In this document: in pieces, positions 57,774 through 64,000 of the stretch
Position numbering within the stretch: position 1 is the stretch's first letter
Layout of the letters: each line of letters begins with the position of its first letter
Source of the DNA: Rhodosorus marinus CCMP1338
Taxonomy: Eukaryota; Plantae; Rhodophyta
DNA: 64,000 bases
Assembly: GCA_029953675.1 (NCBI GenBank)
Contig: JAMWBK010000003.1
Location: 1,240,001 to 1,304,000 of the forward strand
Direction: 5' to 3'
The notes under the pieces: generated by a model
Seen by the model: the letters and a program-made list of their open reading frames with translations, nothing else
Databases searched by the model: none
Told to the model about the DNA's origin: nothing
Made by a program: the position numbers and the translations under genes

Positions 57774-60270
57774 ATGGGATGTTGTGCTTCTAGGGGTGGC
57801 GTGGGCACAAAAGCGCAGAATAGCAATATGGAACCAGTAACTGCGGACTCTGAGAATGCCGCTCAAGGCTGTGAAGACAATGATGTGGAACGGCTGGGCG
57901 CAGAGCATGCCCTGAAGAAGAGGGGATACACGGTAATAGCCCCACGTAACCTTAAAACTCAATGAGTTGTGGTTGAAGGCGATTACAGTTACGGGAAATA
58001 TCGCTCCTGGGATTGCTGGCCGTTGGTATTAGGGAGACTGACACGCTGTGCTTAAACTTCTATCTTGAATGCAGGGAGTGATATTGGAAAGCCCCGACGA
58101 GGGCAACTTCTCGAAATTGTACGAGGTAAAGCAAACGCTGGGAAAGGGCTCGTTCGGTATTGTTGCAGAATGCATCCATCGGGAAAGTGGTGACCGTCGC
58201 GCTGTAAAGGTTCTTCGTAAAAGTGAGCCTCCAAGCATAAACCGACCGCTTGAGCTTGGCATATAAACACTTCCCTGGAACAGATTTGTTCAGTATTATT
58301 GACACCGTCCCGACTTTCTTCACAGGAGCAATATTGACCGATAGGGATGCTGACCGGATTAGGAGAGAAATCGATATCATGAGGAGCATCAAAGAACATC
58401 GGCATATTGTCAGAACGTATGGAGCCTATGAGGATGAAAAACATGTCTACATTGTGCTGGAGCTGTGCACCGGAGGTGACATGTTCCATCGACTTATCAA
58501 GATCAGGGCATACTCCGAGAAAGATGCAGCCCAGATCTGTAGGGAAGCTCTGAGCGCACTAGCGCACATCCATGAGGCAGGTACTGTGGACGGACAATCC
58601 ACAGCTCTGTGGCTCGGCGCCCCGTTTAAACCTGGTTATTGTTCGATTGCACCCGTTAGGTGTTGTTTATCGAGACTTGAAGCCAGACAATTTCTTGTTT
58701 GATACGGACGAAGATACAACCTCATCTCTGAAGGCGGCCGATTTTGGACTATCTTCTTTCATCGTGGAAGGGGAGTATTTGCAATCAACTTGTGGGACCC
58801 CGATGTACATAGCGCCAGAGGTGATCACAAAAAAATATAACACAAAGGCGGACATTTGGTCACTAGGTATGTTTATGCACTCCATCTCGGGCTCCGAGAA
58901 GCTTCCTATGCTTCTGGGTATCCGAGTCAAGCTCTTCTCAACTTCATTCCGCCCCGCAGGTGTTACGCTGTACATTATGCTCTCCGGGAAGGTTCCTTTC
59001 TGGGGGAATACTATGCAGAAGACCTTTGAGAGCGTTCGAAGAGGTCGCTACCACTTCGACGATCCAGTGTGGGAGTCGGTCACTGAGCACGCAAAGGACT
59101 GTGTTAAGAGAATGCTGACGTTCAAACCGGAGCAGAGGCCCGACGCTAGGACTCTTCTCAGTATGTTCAACGTATTCAAAGACCAGATTTGCAATCCAAT
59201 TTTCACGGAGTCGGCTCGATGTTTTTCCGTAGTACGGAATCGTGACATCGACAAGTCTATGACCTTGGCTTACATCGTTTTCTTTTGCTACAACCCACCG
59301 ATAGAGGATCCTTGGATTGTTGATCATGGACTGGCAGCGGCGAAGCCGCTGGTTGAAACAGTGTTCCTTAACTTGCGTCAGTTCCGAAACATGAACAAGT
59401 TGCAGAAGAGGGCTGCGCAGATTATGGCTACGAATTTGAAGCTAGAGGAGATTAAGAACGTGAAGAAGGCTTTTCGTGAATTGGACAGGGATCAGTCTGG
59501 CTGTATTTCAATGTCTGAGATGCATACGGCTCTGTCGAGAGCAGATCTAACTATCTCCGAGGACGATTTAGAAAACCTGTTCCAGGTCTACGATGTTGAT
59601 GGTAGGCCGAAGAGAAACAAGTCGCCCGCCTATGTTTTACTTCGGTTGTTTTGTGAGATAGTGGTAGCTTGCCAAGGCTGCTATGAGGCTCAACCCAAAT
59701 CGAATGTTCGGATCGTAGGTGACGGGATGATTAATTATCTCGAGTTCCTGGCCGCCACAACAAAAATGAATAGGGTGCTGACGATGGAGAACATGCGGTT
59801 TGCTTTTGAGGAACTGGACAAGGATGGCAATGGAACCCTCAGCGCTTCGGAGGTAAGTCGCTGTGACGTTGGCGCTAGCATGGAAGATGAGTACCTACGA
59901 CTCAATAGACAGCTGGGCCGTTAGATCGTGATCCTTGTCTGTCCTTTGTCAAAGTTTTTTGCTTTTGTGGCCTGACGACTCTGCTGAAGTATATGCTGAA
60001 AGTTCTACCTCACGTCTCGTTTGGCTTTACGTCAACTAGATCAAGATACATATGACGGACATGAACCTCACTGAAGAAGAAATGGATGAAATGATTCGGG
60101 AAGCAGACAGCAACAACGACGGTGAAGTAGACTACGAGGAGTTTGTATTCTTGATGACGGAGAAGATTCAACTAGAAAATGTACGTGACGATCTGATTGG
60201 AATGGACATCGACGTGGATGAAGAGACAACAGATGGTTATTTGAGTATGATGCTCAACAGACAATCATGA
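57774..60270 (+). CDS. Calcium-dependent protein kinase (CDPK) 2, multi-exon
   Basis: N-terminal MGCCAS. Kinase motifs [20 protein letters not shown] and GTPMYIAPE. Junction [10 protein letters not shown]-hands DRDQSG, DVDGDG, DKDGNG, DSNNDG. Confidence 0.93.
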
Positions 60271-60645
60271 AACAAGCGCGTGAAAGATGCCCATATCCAA
60301 ACGAACACCCGATATTTACAACGGAAATATCATTCCTGTGAAGAATCCTTTGCTTCCTAGTGGCTTGTATCCGGTAGTCTAGGTCGCGCAGAAGCCCTAA
60401 TCATACTAGTAAACGGGGTTTTTGTCAGACATGAGCCCCGTCCACCGTGAACTAGTCATAAAAGGTTCTCGCACTGCTTGATAAAGAGTACTTTTATTTC
60501 CTCGCTGAATTTGATATTCTCGCAAAAACAATATCTCGCTTAGCCCACTCGTACTGACAGGTGAAAATCTTCAAAGGAGCAGTGCGCAGTGTACATTGCG
60601 CTTTCCTGTCTCCTGTAAAGTCAGCTTGAGAAGCGAAGCCAATGT

Positions 60646-62856
60646 CTAATCAACCTGCTCCATAGAAGATACTTCTGGATTCTCAAGCGCGGGCAAGTCT
60701 TCCTCTGTCGGCTTCATTTCCTCTTCTTCATCGTCCTCGCCGATGCTCAGACCCAGCTTAATCATTCGGTGAATTCTCGCTGAGAAGATGTTCGGTTCGT
60801 CGAGCGAGAATCCAGATGTCAAAAGGGCTGTATCAAACAACAAATTCACGAGATCCTTGTCGGTCTTGTCGCTCTTGTCTCCTTCTGTGCGCTTCACAAG
60901 TTCTTTGATGATCGGGTTATGAGGGTTAACTTCCATGGTCTTCCTAGAGGTCATGTAAGCGCTGAGGGAGCTGTCCCTAAGCGCTTGCGCCTTCATGATC
61001 CTTTCCATATTTGCACTCCATCCGTATTCACCAGTGACAAGGATGCATGGCGAATCAACGAGTCTGTCGGACACCACGACCTTCTCGACTTTGTCGCCGA
61101 GGATTTCCTTCATGACCTTGCATAGATTTTCACACTTGGTCTTCTCCTCTTCCTTGCGCTTCTTCACCTCCTCATCGTCCTCCTCTTCAATCTCCATACC
61201 TTCCTTAGAAGCACACACAAGCTTCTTGGAGTCGTATTCCTTCAGCTGCTGCACGCAATACTCGTCGATTGGTTCAGTCATAAACAGCACTTCGTATCCC
61301 TTCTGCTTCAACCGTTCCAAGAAAGGCGAGTTCTCGACGGCTGCTTTGCTCTCGCCTGTGATGTAGTAAATGTGCTTCTGCTTCTCGGGCATGCGTGACA
61401 CGTATTCCTTCAAGGAAGTGAACTCGTCCGGAGATTTCGAAGAGTTGTAACGAAGGAGCTCCGCTAACTTTTCCCGATTCTGAGCGTCCTCGTGGATGCC
61501 CAATTTAACATTCTTTGAAAATTGTTCGTAGAACGTCTTGTAATCCTCCTTGTTCTCAGCCAACTCAGAGAACATTTCCAAGCACTTTTTCACAATGTTC
61601 TTCCTGATCACCTTGAGGATCTTATTCTGCTGAAGCATTTCGCGAGAGATGGTCAGGGGCAGATCCTCTGAATCGACAATACCTTTTATGAAGTTCAGCC
61701 ACTCCGGAATAATCTCCTCACAGTTGTCCATGATAAAGACTTTCTTAACGTAAAGTTTGATGTTGTTCAGTTTCTTCTTTGGCTCAAACAGATCAAAAGG
61801 AGCGCGCTTGGGAGCGAAGAGCAAAGCAGTGAACTCCAATTGCCCTTCGACGGAGAAATGCTTCACCGAGAGAAAGTCCTCCCAATCGTTGGTCAAAGAC
61901 TTGTAGAAGGCTGCGTAGTCTTCCTTGGACACGTCACTGGGCTTTCGCGTCCACACTGGTTTCTGCTTGTTGAGTAGTTCCCACTCGTGTACAGTCTCCT
62001 TCACAGTCTTCTTCTTCTTTTCCTCTTCATCGGGCTTCTCCTCGGTGACATCCTCGACCTTCACTTCGTCAGTGTCCATATCCTCATCTTCCTTCTTTTC
62101 CTCTTCGGTCTTTTCAGCGCCTGCTTCTGCTTCCTTCTTCTCCTCACTCTTCTCGGCGTCATCTTCCATGGCCTCGTCGTCTTCAACCTCCTTCTCAACA
62201 ATCTTCTCAATCCAGAGGTTGATTGGGTACTGAATGAACTGCGAGTGTTTCTTTACAAGTTCTTTCAGTCGCCTCTCTTCAAAATATTCCTTCTGATCTT
62301 CCTTCAAGTACAGGCAAATTGAAGTTCCACGTCCAAGAGGTTCTCCTTCATCCACCTTAATCGTGAATGAACCTCCCGCAGATGACTCCCACACATACTG
62401 CTCATCATCGTTATGCTTGGTCCTGACGATCACCTTGTCCGCTACCAGGTAAGCTGAGTAAAAGCCCACGCCGAATTGTCCAATCATACTGATGTCTGCG
62501 CCGGCTGTAACGGCTTCCATAAAGGCCCTAGTCCCGGACCTCGCGATCGTTCCAAGATTGCTGACAAGGTCCTTCTTCGTCATTCCCACACCAGAATCCC
62601 GGATGGTCACAGTTCGATTCTCCTTGTCAGGGGTGATGTTGATCTCCAATTCACCCTTACTATCCAGGGCGCTCTTGTCCGTGAGCGATTCATAGCGGAT
62701 CTTATCCAGTGCGTCCGAAGAATTCGAAATCAGCTCTCGCAAGAAGATCTCCTTATTGCTGTAGAAGGTGTTGATTATCAAGCTCATCAACTGGTTGATC
62801 TCAGCTTGAAACTGGTATGTCTCAACGCCATCGGCGCTAGAAGTAGCCGTTGCCAT
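60646..62856 (-). CDS. HSP90: Cytosolic heat shock protein 90 (intronless)
   Basis: [43 protein letters not shown] and [16 protein letters not shown]. Ends MEQVD. First in-frame ATG is at 62856. Confidence 0.99.
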   Translation of the reverse strand: MATATSSADGVETYQFQAEINQLMSLIINTFYSNKEIFLRELISNSSDALDKIRYESLTDKSALDSKGELEINITPDKENRTVTIRDSGVGMTKKDLVSNLGTIARSGTRAFMEAVTAGADISMIGQFGVGFYSAYLVADKVIVRTKHNDDEQYVWESSAGGSFTIKVDEGEPLGRGTSICLYLKEDQKEYFEERRLKELVKKHSQFIQYPINLWIEKIVEKEVEDDEAMEDDAEKSEEKKEAEAGAEKTEEEKKEDEDMDTDEVKVEDVTEEKPDEEEKKKKTVKETVHEWELLNKQKPVWTRKPSDVSKEDYAAFYKSLTNDWEDFLSVKHFSVEGQLEFTALLFAPKRAPFDLFEPKKKLNNIKLYVKKVFIMDNCEEIIPEWLNFIKGIVDSEDLPLTISREMLQQNKILKVIRKNIVKKCLEMFSELAENKEDYKTFYEQFSKNVKLGIHEDAQNREKLAELLRYNSSKSPDEFTSLKEYVSRMPEKQKHIYYITGESKAAVENSPFLERLKQKGYEVLFMTEPIDEYCVQQLKEYDSKKLVCASKEGMEIEEEDDEEVKKRKEEEKTKCENLCKVMKEILGDKVEKVVVSDRLVDSPCILVTGEYGWSANMERIMKAQALRDSSLSAYMTSRKTMEVNPHNPIIKELVKRTEGDKSDKTDKDLVNLLFDTALLTSGFSLDEPNIFSARIHRMIKLGLSIGEDDEEEEMKPTEEDLPALENPEVSSMEQVD

Positions 62857-63051
62857 CCTGTCCAATTCCAAAACACACTTAACAAGGGCAAACTCAAGAA
62901 ACAAACGAATCACTCACCAACTATGCTCTACAATGCTCCCTCCACCTTACCAAGCTGCGTGCAGCTCGATGCCACAAGGATCAGCATAATAAATGCAACC
63001 GTGGCAGTAGTATTTGCCGAAACCCCGCGCTAGTCCGCTGGTCCGGAGAGG

Positions 63052-63098
63052 GTTCCCGAAGTTTCCAGAAAATGAAATTCCAAAGAAGCTTCGAGAGA
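63052..63098. promoter_or_regulatory. Heat-shock elements upstream of HSP90
   Basis: Perfect nTTCnnGAAnnTTCnnGAAn (gTTCccGAAgtTTCcaGAAa, 63052-63071) plus aGAAgcTTCg at 63084-63093, about 200 bp upstream of the ATG. Confidence 0.85.
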
Positions 63099-64000
63099 CG
63101 AACGACGATGGTACGCGAAGATGTCAACAACGTAACAAGGCCTCGTACCTCTCGCAAATCCGAATCTTAAACCCCTGGCTACAGTGAGCTAATATCAGCG
63201 TTTTAGCAGACTCGCTTCCATCTCCCCCTCTCAGAAGAAATACGAAAACAATATTTTACAGTATAATAAATATAATTAGAGGGCTTCGCTCATTCATCTT
63301 TTTGCGTGACGGTCGCTTCGCAGGAGCATCAAGCGCTCGGACCTTCGTCCTCTCTCCTTAACCCACCCCTTTCTCAATCTGAAAATCTTGTCATTACTTT
63401 GAGTTTGACCTACCCCCTTGCAACGAACCGATTCGACAAGGATATTTTTAAGCTCAAGCTGGTTCGCCCCCGGTTCTCCCTTCCCCCCCCCAATGGACAA
63501 CCAAGTTTTATGGACAGAAGAATGCGAATGGAATGGACGGCGCATTCTCGCGTGTCTCCTTCGGCGTATTCTATCAACGATCAGAAAACCAAAACACCGT
63601 ACCCCCCCTGGGGGTACGAGTGAACGAGGCTAGAAGTTTCCAGACGGGTTAAGGTTGTCCAAATTCTTACGGGCCATATGCGTGAGACAACGCTATCTTC
63701 TTTCCGGAAATTGCTTTCGCATGATTTTTCAAATTTTACTCAATATTAAGTTGGTTATAAATTTCTATATTTTGAGGGCATTCCATGGCTAGTAAGTGCC
63801 CCATGATTTACTGATGCGGAGGGACTCCGCGAAAGTGCGAGAATTTGGAGAATCAAAAGCAACTCGACTTAGCGGATAGTGTTTTTCAATTATAATCTAA
63901 CAATTTTTACCGCATATCAAACAGAGAAATTTCCCGCCCTGTGGAGATAACGGAAATTTGTTGACTCGGGAAGATCGACGCTCTGCTATGCCAGCACGGT

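Overview
Eukaryotic nuclear DNA with short GT-AG introns (about 55-120 nt, CTRAC-like branch sites). The gene set and an MTAFV-type transit peptide suggest a red alga; this is inference. Part one (1-21 kb) is an accessory region with three intronless AAAP-family amino-acid transporter genes, two of them ~97.5% identical. They sit among decayed hAT DNA transposons and a CRE-like (RT + restriction-like endonuclease) non-LTR retrotransposon family, represented by one frameshifted RT body and nine 3' ends here plus a tenth at 52 kb. A 319-bp x5 tandem array appears to derive from a transposase fragment. Part two (22-63 kb) is gene-dense: non-canonical bZIP, NAD-glycerol-3-phosphate dehydrogenase, two paralogous stand-alone CBM48 proteins, RWP-RK factor, PPDK, GT32-like protein, MRE11, two CDPKs flanking an EF-hand gene pair and a THUMP pseudogene, and cytosolic HSP90 with a perfect heat-shock element. 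The most novel-looking candidate is an acidic-linker/CBM48 protein ending in a CaaX box (KEKRGCCVIS), potentially a membrane anchor for storage glucan. All exon models and alignments were made by eye; no database searches were run.
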